From Octopus vulgaris (lineage: Eukaryota): 64,000 nt of DNA. The translations under genes were made by a program, and so were the position numbers. The DNA lies in NCBI GenBank assembly GCA_951406725.2, contig OX597818.1, positions 44,826,001 through 44,890,000 of the forward strand, written 5' to 3'. This document shows positions 1-11,874 of the stretch, one piece after another. The notes beneath the pieces are model-generated. The model saw only the letters and a program-made list of their open reading frames with translations. It was not told the origin of the DNA and did no database searches. The first letter of the stretch is position 1; each line of letters begins with the position of its first letter.

Positions 1-571
1 ATGTAATCAACTTAATCCATTTGTCTGTCCTTGTTTATCCTCTCTGTGTTTATCATCTTGTGGGTAGTAAGGAAATAGGTGTGGATCTAGTGATGATACT
101 GATGTCAGGGTACTTATGACAGTGATAATTATGCTAGTTGGTTACTGAGATAATAAAGATGTGCTTCTTACATGGGGTAGTTGTATTAGTAGTATTTATG
201 GTAGTTATAGGTATGGAGCTAGTGTTGGTTGTTGGAGCATCCAACTTGACTGATTTTCGTAGGCAGAGGATTGCAACCCTTAGCACTTTAATCCACTGTG
301 ACTTTGTTCTCTCTTCAATCTTGAGCGACAGATTCAATCCATTGCCCAGGTTATCACCACCACTTAGTGCTGATATTGTTTTCAGAGGGCAAGGAAAATG
401 TCACTGCTGCTGCCCCTATCATCTAATGCCCTTTTTTCCATGCTGGTATGGATTGGCCGGGCCAAGTTCTATGTCTGCTTTGGCATGGTTTCTACAGCTG
501 GATGCTCTTTCTAATGCCAAACACTTAATGCTTTTTATGTTGCACCAGCACTTGTGAGGTCATAGAATACC

Positions 572-803
572 TATTTCTTTACTACCCACAAGGGGCTAAA
601 CACAGAGGGGACAAACAAGGACAGACAAATGGATTAAGTCAATTATATCGACCCGAGTGCGTAATTGGTACTTATTTAATCGACCCCAAAAGGATGAAAG
701 GCAAAGTCGACCATGGCAGAATTTGAACTCAGAACGTAGCAGCAGACGAAATACTGCTAAGCATTTCGCCCGGCATGCTAACGTTTCTGCCAGCTTGCTG
801 CCT
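572..803 (-). mobile_element. tRNA-derived SINE family B (Deu/Nin-domain-like), full length with 17-bp TSD
   Basis: Head AGGCRGCRAGCTGGCAGAAACGTTAG with B-box-like GAGTTCAAATTC; central GTCGACTTTGCCTTTCATCCTTTYGGGGTCGATTAAATAAGTACCA resembles the Deu/Nin domain; TSD TGAGGTCATAGAATACC at 555-571 and 804-820. Confidence 0.85.
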
Positions 804-1112
804 TGAGGTCATAGAATACCCTCAAGATAAGACCCTTCAACTGAGCAGGATATATATTGGAAAAACTATGATAGAGTTAGAGGAGTAGGTGTGTTGCTGA
901 AGAGGTGAAAACATGGCTTGGTCACCTGCAGAGTAAGAGAGAGAAAGAAACAGAAAGAGATGCGAGGTTCTGGTACAACGTGAATATGAGACAGAACAGA
1001 AAGTGCACTGAGTAAAAATAGTGTGATTGATAATTAGAGATAGGAACTTAATTGGATACAGAGGATATTAGTTCACAAACTTAGATCCAAATTGAAAATT
1101 TTGAAATTATCT

Positions 1113-1516
1113 TTAATAATAATAATAATGAAATTATTGTATACAGTGCTCCGGTGTACCACAACTTGTCAAAAGTGAGTATAAAGCATATGCAGTAATG
1201 TAATGTACAAATGTCTGGAAAGGGAACAGTGTATGAGTCAGATACATGCTTGCGTGTGTATGGAGGGAAAAAAATCAGGTGTAGTGTTGGCGAATCTCAG
1301 GAAGCACGGAAGTTTTGAAGGATGCAGTGCTCCGACAACTAACAACTGATGCCGGCAGTTTGTTCCATGCTTGAGCAACTCTTAGAGTGAAAAATTGTTT
1401 CTGAAAGTCATGGGAGCTGTGCTGTTTTCTGACTTTGTAAACATGTCCACAGGTGTTAGACAGATGGAATTTGAAAAGGTGCTCAGAGTTAGTGTTTGTA
1501 AGATGGTTAATAATTT
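1113..1516 (-). mobile_element. CR1-clade LINE 3' fragment
   Basis: Reverse-complement match to the CR1 ORF2 C-terminus and 3'UTR at 9264-9735, with (ATT)n tail. Confidence 0.8.
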
Positions 1517-2292
1517 AAATTTTACTGCTAGAAAATCCTAACATTTCCTATTTATATATATATAATTCTTTTGTTATGAGCTGATAAATATATATGGAAT
1601 ATAAAAGCTATAACTTCTCATTAATAACTCATATATATGTGTGTGTGTGTGTGTGTGCATGTGTGTGAAGTGTGTGCACACATGCATGTGTGCATGTATG
1701 TGTGTGTGTATGCACACACATGTGTGTGTATAAATTCAGATGAGTGGTTTAGACTTTTTGGAAGATAACTTTTACAATGGAATATGTTTTTGCTGTTTTT
1801 GTTCTTTACTCTCTGAAAATATCGGAACTATTGTAATGATGGCTGAAATGTTATCTGTATATTCTTTATTTATAGCAATGTGGATATAGGCCAAGTTTAT
1901 CAGTATATTTCGTCTTTCTACCCGAATAGTACTTCCTTGAGATAATATTTTATGTAATCTTTGCCACCATATCATATCTCATAAAGAAATATAACTGCTT
2001 GACGTTTTGTTGGCTGTGTCACAGAAAATTCCTAACAACTATGGGAACTGAGATAACTGTTCCCCTAAAACCCACCAAAGAAAGTAAACCAAAGGAACTT
2101 CTACGTGATTGATTGACCTGGTATAAATTACAGCCAAATTTCTCTCAGATCATACTCTAACATCTTAAAAGAATGTGGTTGTCATGGCTAGAACGTCTTT
2201 GATCATAGGTTTCTGACTGAAGAAACCTTATTCAGTCACAGCAGGCTGGGGGTTATACATCATCAAAAAGAAGCATATTCAAACTCGCAATT

Positions 2293-2350
<58 letters not shown>

Positions 2351-2782
2351 CATCATCATCATCATCATCATCGATTTCACTGAGTTCTGACGAACCAGAT
2401 GGCTGCACCAGGCTCCAGTCTGATCTGGCAGAGTTTCTTCAGCTGGGTGCCCTTCCTAATGCCAACCACTCTGAGAGTGTAGTGGGTGCTTTTACGTGCC
2501 ACTGGCACAAGGGCTCTTAGTTCAATATTTTATTCTCCAAATACATTTCATCTTTACTATTATTTTAGAGAAAAACACTATACTGTAGACATTTTTACAG
2601 CAGCTAGTAATTGTTAAATTTGTAGTGTAACCTAGATTTACAAAAATCTTGATGTTATGGCTAGAGTACATCCCTGTCTCAGAACTTTGGTGCTGTTTTT
2701 GGAGGGTCAATTCAACTAATCTGTACAAATTTTAAAGTTTATTTGTATAGTGTTGGATTTGAATTGCGTAAAAAATCTATAC

Positions 2783-3162
2783 AGGCACAGGAAGTTTGCT
2801 TCCCAACCAGACTCAGTACCATTGCATGTGGCACCTTGGGCAAATATCTTCTACTATAGCCTCAGGATGACCAAAGTCTTGTGAGTGGATTTGGTTGATG
2901 GAAACTGAAACAAGGGCGGCGAGCTGGCAGAAATGTTAGCATGCCGGGTGAAACGCTTAGCAGTATCTCGTCTGCTGTTATGTTCTGAGTTCAAATTCTG
3001 CTGAGGTCGACTTTGCCTTTCATCCTTTTGGGGTCGATTAAATAAGTACCAGTTACGCACTGGGGTCGATATAATCGACTTAATCCATTTGTCTGTCCTT
3101 GTTTGTCCCCTCTGTGTTTAGCCCCTTGTGGGTAGTAAAGAAATAGGAAACTGAAAGAAGCC

Positions 3163-3228
<66 letters not shown>

Positions 3229-3370
3229 TTGTCTCTAAGTTTGTCTCCCATGATCACATAACAACCAGTGTTGGTGTGTTTATGTCCTCATAACTTAGTC
3301 AAACCACTCAGAACGCTAGAATAAATATCAGGATTAAAAAGAAACAAGTTCTGGGGGTTGATTCATTTGA
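2783..3370 (+). mobile_element. SINE family A interrupted by a family B SINE (2914-3145)
   Basis: Family A body split at GGAAACTGAAA, which is duplicated on both sides of the family B copy. Confidence 0.8.
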
Positions 3371-4062
3371 GTAAACAAAATACTGTGTGCTTGTCAAGTA
3401 TTAATGAAATCTATACAGTGTTTATACCTCAGCATAACAAGTAACTTTTAGTGAAGAATTGTCTTTGTATATCAAATAAGTTACTTTAACATTTGTGGCT
3501 TTAAACCAAGTGATTTCTCTTTAAAAGTTGGTATCAATTAGTTTTTCCATAATCCTAGAAAGCTCATTTTTCCTACAATTTTTATATTTTCCACATGTAA
3601 TTCCACTATAAGTGAAAAAAATAACATTGCGTGTCATTTTAATTAAAATGATAAGGTAATCATTTCTTCATTCACACGCATAACTGATTTGTTTATATTT
3701 GATGAAGCAAACTATGGACATTTTATATGAGATGAAGTTAATTGTGGACAGTTTTAGATTTGCCTTTAAGGAGATTTTGACTTTTATCTGTTTTATATTT
3801 CCAACAACACTAATTAATATCTTTTATTTGCATGTTTTTTCTGTTTGTTTTACATCATCCTAATTAATATTGACAGCTAATTTTGCATGTTTTACACGAA
3901 TAAGGGGGTGGTGAAATAGTTTTTTTTTTATCCATTCTAATTTTCATTTGGCATATCCTAATTTCCTACAATTGATCTCTCTCTCTGTCATTGGATATAT
4001 GTTTACTGACAATATTTAAAATAAGATGTGTTCATAAGCAAGTGTAGATAAAATTTGTGCAG

Positions 4063-4376
4063 AGGCGTAGGAGTGGCTGTGTGGTAAGTAGCTTGCTTAC
4101 CAGCCACATGGCTCTAGGTTCAGTCCCACTGCATGGCACCTTGGGCAAGTGTCTTCTACTATAGCCTCAGGCCAACCAAAGCTTTGTGAGTGGATTTGGT
4201 AGACGGAAACTGGAAGAAGCCCATTGTATATATATGTGTGTGTGTGTGTGTTTGTGTGCCTGTGTTTGTCCCTCCAACATCACTTGACAACCGATGCTGG
4301 TGTGTTTACATCCCCATAACTTAGCGGTTCAGCAAAAGAGATCGATAGAATAAGTATTAGACTTACAAAGAATAAG
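4063..4376 (+). mobile_element. tRNA-derived SINE family A (internal TA/TG microsatellite)
   Basis: A-box TGGCTGTGTGG, B-box GGTTCAGTCCC, then GCACCTTGGGCAAGTGTCTTC...; more than 15 related copies in the window. Confidence 0.85.
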
Positions 4377-5011
4377 GGCAAGGCTTGTACCATCAAGAAT
4401 GGCTGTAAGAGAAATCCAAACTGAGCTGATATGGAAGTAGTACCAGAGTTAAACACAGCTAGGCTCCCTGATATATATATACATGGAGCACAAAAAATAC
4501 AGAATAAAACATGAAGAAAATATGTAATTTCTTAACTCAGCAGCTGTTTCAGGAAGCTGGGAGTTATATGATAATCATAATAATCATAATTTGTGGATGA
4601 AATGTGAAAAACGTTATGGGTATGTAACCAGTGGCCAGTCACATGAAGATATTATAATAAGTTTGGTTCCCTGCATCAACACAATATTGGCAAATGCAGT
4701 TCATATAGTGGGGTTAGCAAAAATAAAGGTTAAAGGTGGGGAGGAGTCAGAATGAAATCAAGGGCGAGGGAAAGAAAATGAAGGATAATTTCCAGAAAAT
4801 AAGAAGAAAGGAAGAAAGAATAGAAGAAACAGAAAGAAGAAGAGAGAAAGGAAGAAGACAAAGATAAAAACCAGCCTAGCAAAATATATTTACGGCCACA
4901 GACAAAACAATGCATTTATATGCATGCAAATACACGTGTAATGGGAGAAGGTAAAGAGCTAAATTTCCACATATTTCGTCCTCAAAGAGTATCTTTGAGT
5001 ATTATGTGAAA

Positions 5012-5292
5012 CTATTTCGTTTTTGGATTTGGTTTGCAAGATTCTTTATATGAGTTCGTGTGTTGAAGCCTTTTCTGTTGTGTCTGGGGAGAGTCATTTT
5101 CTTTTTGTGCCTTATTATGTAACACACTCACCGGTAAAATTTTCACTTTATTCTTATTTTTATTGTCCTAAAATTTTTGTTGCGTCTTGCAACCTTTTCA
5201 ATAAAAATAAGAAAAACATGGAAAGTTTACCGGTGAGTGTGTTACATAATAAGGCACAAAAAGAAAATGACTCTCCCCAGACACAATAGAAG
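5012..5292 (-). mobile_element. Fold-back element, probably PLE pseudo-LTR derived, with hammerhead-like motif (U3-A8 core)
   Basis: Near-perfect ~65-bp inverted arms (5073-5138 / 5226-5291) plus imperfect inner arms; TATGTGAAA direct repeat at 5003-5011 and 5293-5301; minus strand reads TTGAAAA-G-GTTGC-AAGAC-GCAAC-AAAA-ATTT-TAG. Confidence 0.6.
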
Positions 5293-5501
5293 TATGTGAA
5301 ATAGTTTCCTTATTTCTCTTCCAAAGATGTACCCTGTCAAAACTATTAGTATTCCTTTCTTATTGCATAGGTGTTTGCAGTTGTTGATGCAGGCCATCTT
5401 TAGATTCTTTTGATCATTCTAGTTTCATTGATAATATGTATGATTAATGTTTAAGATCAAAAGCAGGGTTATTGTTGTTAACTAAAATCAGAATATCACT
5501 G

Positions 5502-5736
5502 AAGGCGGTGAGTTGGCAGAAACGTTAGCATGCCAGGCGAAATGCGTAGCCGTATTTCATCTGCCGTTACGTTCTGAGTTCAAAATTCCGCCGAGGTCGA
5601 CTTTGCCTTTCATCCTTTCTGGGTCGATAAATTAAGTACCAGTTACGCACTGGGGTTGATATAATCGACTTAATCCGTTTGTCTGTCCTTGTTTGTCCTC
5701 TCTGTGTTTAGCCCCTTGTGGGTAGTAAAGAAATAT
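5502..5736 (+). mobile_element. SINE family B, full length
   Basis: Matches the family B head, central domain and GCCCCTTGTGGGTAGTAAAGAAATA tail. Confidence 0.85.
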
Positions 5737-5903
5737 GTATTTATTTTATGAACACTGAAGGCAAAGTGAGTCTTTCTAAGTAAATAACTATACAATAAAT
5801 AATGTTTTGCTGATCCATTTTTTTAGATTGTCTAATCTAAGGGAGTAGGCAGTGTTTCTAACTATATAGGCCCTTCTAAATTTGTGGGGTTGACGTAACT
5901 GAT

Positions 5904-6267
5904 GTTTCAGTCATTTGACTGTGGCCATGCTGGAGTACCGCCTTTAGTCAAGCAAATCAACCCCAGGATTTTATTCTTTGTAAGCCTAGTACTTATTCTA
6001 TTGGTCTCTTTTGGTGATGTAAACACACCAGCATCAGTTGTCAAGCGATGATGGAGGGACAAACACAGACATACAAACACACACACACACGCACACACAC
6101 ACACACACACACACATATATGATGGGCTTCTTTCAGTTTCTGTCTACCAAGGTTTTGGTCGGCCTGTGGCTATAGTAGGAAACGCTTATACAAGGTGCCA
6201 CGCAGTGGGACTGAACCTGGAACCATGTGGTTGGTAAGCAGGCTACTTATCACACAGCCACTCCTGT
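5904..6267 (-). mobile_element. SINE family A
   Basis: Reverse complement of the family A head, internal (CA)n and 3' domain. Confidence 0.8.
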
Positions 6268-6270
6268 GAC

Positions 6271-6304
<34 letters not shown>

Positions 6305-7377
6305 TACATGCATATGTATATATATTTACATTGGGCTTCAACACAGTTTCTATCTACCAAATACACTCACAAGGCATTATTAACCCATTCTACAGTAGAA
6401 GACACTTTCCCAAGGTGCCATAACGGAATACAATTTCATAGAAAGAATTTTAAATTTTGTATCTTTTGTCTTTAACTTGTTTCAGTCATTTGAGTGCAGC
6501 CATGCTGGAGCACCACCTTAACCTTCACAAAGTTTCTTTGTAAATTGCAACAGTATACAACTGATTAGAATGCAATAAGAAACGTTTGGAGGTGGTTGTA
6601 GGATAAATCTTCAACCCTATAAATTAGTAGCCATATCTTATTATTCTTCATTTCAATGGTATATCAGAAAAAGCAACAGAATTTTTTCAGCTTGTGGTGA
6701 TAAGTGTGAAATATATAATAAATATATATCAACAACATCAGAAAAAAAGTTAACAAATATCATTCACATTTATATCATTCACATGAATATTTTGAAAATG
6801 ATATTTAATGTTAAATACAGATCAAAAAGGAATGGTGAATAGAAACTCTGCAGCTATGAAAATAGATGATAGAAAATTTTTTCAAAGGAAAGTGTTTATA
6901 AACATTTAGCACTAAACAAACTGATATCTTTAGATGGCTCTTAAAGATAGAGGAAATTCTTCATTCTGCTACCAATATTTTAGCCTTTGAATTTAAAAAT
7001 GAGTTTTCATTCAGAAAATTTTCTATAAAAATCATACACAAGTAAATATTGTTTTATCATCAACAGCTTAGATATATTTTGCATCAGTCTATGCCATAGA
7101 AATGCTCATAATTCTGTAACCCTTTTGATTTCTTCTCTATTTTCTTTCATATCATCTTGTTCCCTTGTCAATATCACAGAAAATAAAGAATCATTGGTAA
7201 TATCAATGAGGCTAATCCTGAAAAGTCACCCAGCCAAGGGGTCCACACCTTAAACCGGCTGCAATGTTGGCATAGGATGTGTGGCTGTGTGATTAAGAAA
7301 TTTACCTCCCACTCACGTGTTTTAGTGTTCAGTCCCACTGTATGGCACCTTCAGCAAATGTCTTTTACTATACAACA

Positions 7378-7637
7378 TTTTTTTTTTTTGCGCCCTTTTA
7401 AAGCCTAGCCAGGCTCATGGGCCCAGTTTCCCAGTTTCAATGGCGTATGTGTTCCCCAACTGGATGGGACACCAGTCCATCACAGCGTTACTCATTTTTG
7501 CCAGCTGAGTGGACTGGAGCAACGTGAAATGAAGTGTTTTGCTCAAGAACACAATGCATCACCCGGTCCAGGAATCGAAACCCCAACCTTATGATCATGA
7601 GTTCAACACCCTAACCACTAAGCCACGCGCCTCCACA
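7378..7637 (-). mobile_element. tRNA-derived SINE family D (V-domain-like), poly(A) tail, nested in a family A relic
   Basis: Head GGAGGCGCGTGGCTTAGTGGTTAG...GTTTCGATTCC; GTGATGGACTGGTGTCCCATCCAG resembles the V-SINE domain; related copy at 47727. Confidence 0.7.
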
Positions 7638-7734
7638 CTATACAGCATTTGGCTAATCAAAACCTCATGAGTTGATTTAGAAGAAAAAACAAATGAAAGA
7701 AGCTCGTAGTGTATGTATGCATGTATGTATGTAT

Positions 7735-8152
7735 GGAAGGGGATCACTGTTACACTTCCAGATGGGAAGGGTCTTCCTATGATGCTGACATGCTGTGTCT
7801 GTGCAAGACCCTGCCTCAGTAAAGCTGGACTCAAGAGTCATCTTCGTAGTCATAAAGCAAGACAGATGAGTGACAACCTAGCCACTGGCGGTGGTGTAAC
7901 ACACCATGCTAATCATATCTGTTGGGCATGTGGAAGAGAGTGTAATTCGGCAGGAGGACTTAAACGACATGCAAAGGTACATGAAGCCCAGTTACAACTA
8001 CAGCCGGCTATTACCAGTAAATGTTTTTGTTGCCAATTCTGTACAAGACATTGTAGATCTTTAGCTGGGCTAAAAAGTCACATTCGATCGCAGCACCAGT
8101 AACAGTTAAGCTTCGTGCAATGGCCATACTCGATAACGAGGGGGCAGCCATA
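7735..8152 (+). mobile_element. RTE-clade LINE 3' fragment encoding three C2H2-like fingers
   Basis: ORF 7713-8102 has three CxxC..CxSxxGLKxH.R/K.H motifs like the RTE ORF2 C-terminus; short 3'UTR and (ATGT)n tail; no TGEKP linkers. Confidence 0.65.
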
Positions 8153-8502
8153 ATGTATGTATGTATGTGAATCTAAATGTATATGCATGTTTGTCTTGGC
8201 ATTGTGTAAAAGTTATAGAATAGATGTCTCTGTCATACAAGTAGAGTCCTCATTTCCAGCCTTCCATGAAAACACACCCAACCAAGGGGAAATATTACCT
8301 TGTTTGGAGATAGGTGAAGGCTGGTGACAAGGAGGCCATCTGACTGTAGTAAACCTGTCTTAATGCATTCTGTCTGACCAATGGAAGCATGGAAAAGTGG
8401 ACCATAAAATGATGACGACGATGATGATAATGATTGTATGCTTTGAAAAGACATTTTAATTGTATAACTTCAAAGGAAACAGTCAATACTGATATTAAGT
8501 GT

Positions 8503-8514
8503 ATATATGTGTAA

Positions 8515-8579
<65 letters not shown>

Positions 8580-8674
8580 CAAATGTATGTATGCATATAC
8601 ATATATGTGAGTGTATATATACAAACTTACGCACACAGATATGCATGAAAATATATATCCATATATATATATAT

Positions 8675-8708
<34 letters not shown>

Positions 8709-8730
8709 ATATATATATATATATATATCC

Positions 8731-8773
<43 letters not shown>

Positions 8774-8835
8774 CACATATGTATACATATATGGTTGTGT
8801 GTATGTGTGCATATGTACGTATATATATGTATATT
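8503..8835. repeat. Compound (TG)n/(TA)n/(CA)n microsatellite
   Basis: Directly visible; source of several IYIY ORFs. Confidence 0.95.
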
Positions 8836-9202
8836 AAAATGTTGACTCGCATGAGAGAAGTCACAGTTGAAATGCCTTTGATCATATATCTGCTTGGTCA
8901 AGGCTGACTTGGTGATAAACCTCAACAGCAGCAACAATAACAACACCAAAACTAGTTTGCTTTGTTTATAATTATAAACATGATTTGCTGTTCAACCCTG
9001 TTCAAACATGTATTTAGAGTTGAAACAACAAAAACAACAACCAACAAATTTTAATTGGTCTGAGTGTAGCTGATGAAAATTGGTCATCTAAGAAATTTAT
9101 AAAGAAAAAGATATTAGGACATACAGAGGAAATAGACTTTAAAACTCAAAACTGAAAATTAGCTGATCTAAAGGATGATATTCATTTGTGGGTATGCCTT
9201 AA

Positions 9203-9893
9203 CCCTTTCGTTACCAACCCGGCTGAAACTGGCTCTGGCTCTAGGTACAAATGTCTTGTTTTCTGAACACCTTACTTCCCTGGGAATGGATACATTGAAA
9301 CTCCGACGTCTGGCAGCTGACTTGGCAGACACCCATCAAATTATTAACCATCTTACAAACAATAACTCTGAGCATCTTTTCAAACTCCACCTGTCTAACA
9401 CCCATGGACATGTTTACAAAGTCAGAAAACAGTACAGCTCCCATGACTTTCAGAAACATTTTTTAACGCTAAGAGTTGCTGAAGCATGGAACAAACTGCC
9501 GCCATCAGTTGTTAGTTGCTGGAGCACTGCATCCTTCAAAACTTCCATGCTTCCTGAGATTCGCCAACACTACACCTGATTTTCTCCCCGCCATACATAC
9601 ACAAGCGTGTATCTAACTCATACACTGTTCATTTTCCAGAAATTTGTACATTACTGCATATGCTTTATAGACACTTTTGACAAGTTGAGGTGCACCTGAG
9701 CACTGCATACAATAATTTCATTATATTATATTATATAAGTTTTGAATTAAACTCTTCCACCGAACCTTAGTCACAATTTATGTTCCTAACATTAGCTAAA
9801 TGATAACTAAGTTATTTTACTAAATTCTTTGTTATATTTAAAGTGATTGAAAGAAACACAGAGCATCTCAAAATAAATACAGTAACAAAAGGG
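9203..9893. mobile_element. piggyBac-like MITE (TTAA TSD) interrupted by a CR1 fragment
   Basis: TTAA|CCCTTTCGTTAC ... GTAACAAAAGGG|TTAA; a degenerate inverted relative lies at ~52920-53142. Confidence 0.8.
9264..9735 (+). mobile_element. CR1-clade LINE 3' end (ORF2 C-terminus and 3'UTR)
   Basis: LGMDTLKLRRLAADL...THGHVYKV...FLTLRVAEAWNKLPPSVVS...SFK is the typical CR1 RT C-terminus. Confidence 0.85.
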
Positions 9894-9960
9894 TTAAAAA
9901 CCATGATGAAGCCAGCCCTGCAGTATGATGGAGTCTTCATATTTATCAGATCCTGCCAAA

Positions 9961-10366
9961 CCTATTTCTTTATTACCTACAAGGGGCTAAACACAGAGAG
10001 GACAAACAAGGACAGACAAAGGGACCAAGTCGATTACATTGACCCCAGTGCGTAACTGGTCCTTAATTCATTGACCCCAAAAGGATGAAAGCAAAGTCGA
10101 CCTTGGCAGAATTTGAACTCAGAACATAGCTGCAGACGAAATACCTATTTCTTTACTGCCCACAAGGGGCTAAACACAGAGGGGGCAAACAAGGACAGAC
10201 ACACGGGTTAAGTCGCTTACATCGACATCAGTGCATAACTGGTACTTATTTGATCAACCTCGAAAGGATGAAAGGCAAAGTAGACCTAGGCGGAATTTGA
10301 ACTCAGAACGTAGCGGCAGACGAAATAAGGCTAAGCATTTCGCCCGGCGTGCTAACGATTCTACCA
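9961..10366 (-). mobile_element. SINE family B tandem or nested dimer
   Basis: Tail of one copy joined to the internal GGTAT site of another at ~10141. Confidence 0.8.
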
Positions 10367-10415
10367 AACCATTCAATCCATGCCAGCCTGGGAGCAGGAC
10401 GTTAAATAATAATGA

Positions 10416-10449
<34 letters not shown>

Positions 10450-10909
10450 GACGATGATGTATCCTGTAACAAAAGTTTAGTAACAAAACATCCAGCTCCG
10501 GTCAGACCCACTAACAAACCAACAATCAATCATCCAGCCAAGCTGCAGTAATAAAACAGCCAATTAGTCAATATCCTGTCTTCAACTAGTAACTACCACA
10601 TGACTGCAGCAACAGCTTTCCAAATCTAATCCATTGCAAGCAACAGAACTACTCCAACAAACTTCCTTCCATTCTGTGCTGACTCATACTTTTGTTTTGG
10701 AATGAAGTTCCTCCATTCTATTCCATTGCACATCACCTGAGACAAGTATTTTTTGCTATGGCCTCAAATTGGCCAATATCTTATGAGTGGATTTTGGCTG
10801 ACGGAAAACATGTACAAGTGCATTATCTATGCAACTCTTACTGGGTTGCATAGTTCAATACTGTCTGTCTGTCTATCTATCTATCTAGCTATCTATATCT
10901 TTCTCTCTC

Positions 10910-10957
<48 letters not shown>

Positions 10958-11040
10958 ACTGCCTGTCTGTCTGTCTGTCTAAATATTTAATATGTGTATG
11001 TGTGTGTGTGTGTGTGTGTATGTGTGTGTGTATATATATA

Positions 11041-11330
11041 TCATCATTTAACGTCCGCTTTCCATGCTAGCATGGGTTGGATGATTTGACTGAGGACTGG
11101 CGAACCAGATGGCTGCACCAGGCTCCAATCTGATCTGGCAGAGTTTCTACAGCTGGATGCCCTTCCTAATGCCAACCACTCTGAGAGTGTAGTGGGTGCT
11201 TTTACGTGCCACCGGCATGAAGGCCAGTCTGGCAGTATTGGCAATGGCCATGCTCAGATGGTGTTTTTTATGTGCCACCTGCACAGGAGTCAGTCCAGTG
11301 GCACTGGCAATGACCTCGCTCGAATGTTTT
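11041..11330 (-). mobile_element. RTE 3'UTR fragment (family C), (GAT)n tail
   Basis: GTGGTTGGCATTAGGAAGGGCATCCAGCTGTAGAAAC...CATGCTAGCATGGAAAGCGGACGTTAAATGATGA; same 3'UTR as the ORF-bearing copy at 11370-11785. Confidence 0.8.
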
Positions 11331-11369
11331 GTAAATATATTTATTGTACACACACACACACATATTATC

Positions 11370-11785
11370 GTCATCATTGTCATCATCATTTAGTGCCCAC
11401 TTTCCATGCTGCGATGGGTCAAATGGTTTGACTGGAACTGGTAAGTTGGAGAGCTTGTACCAGGTTGCAGTGTGATTTGACATGCTTTCTGTGGCTGGAG
11501 GCCCTTCCTAATGCCAACCACTCCATGAATGTAGTGGGTACCTTTTACATGTCACTGGCTTGGATGCCTTCTATCTGTCACCAACACTGGTCATGACTAT
11601 GATTTCACTTGGCTTAACAACTCTTCTCAAGGACAGCAAATCGCCAAAAGTCTTGATCACTTGTCATTACCTTTGTGTGACCCAACATTCGAACAACATG
11701 CTTCACTGCCTCATCCTGTGCATTCCTGGGTCTACCTTTTCCACAGGTTCCCTCCACCGTTAGAGATTGGCAATGAAACCATAAA
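11370..11785 (-). mobile_element. RTE-clade LINE 3' end with ORF2 C-terminus
   Basis: VEGTCGKGRPRNAQDEAV...LG..MTSDQDFWRFAV matches the RTE motif G.RGRGRP..W...DR..WR and runs into the family C 3'UTR. Confidence 0.8.
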
Positions 11786-11874
11786 AAGTCAGGAGGTATC
11801 AGTGGAGAATACATTGATTCGATGACTTGTTATCCTTGGGATTACAGTTGTTTAGCAGCCTTCATCATGTAATA

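Noticed and set aside
4063-4140. tRNA genes at SINE heads (also 27870, 35219, 47727)
   Set aside because: A and B boxes run into SINE bodies; no complete cloverleaf or terminator seen.
7713-8102. Host C2H2 zinc-finger gene
   Set aside because: No TGEKP linkers or clear splice signals; the ATG is in a microsatellite; motif and tail are RTE-like.
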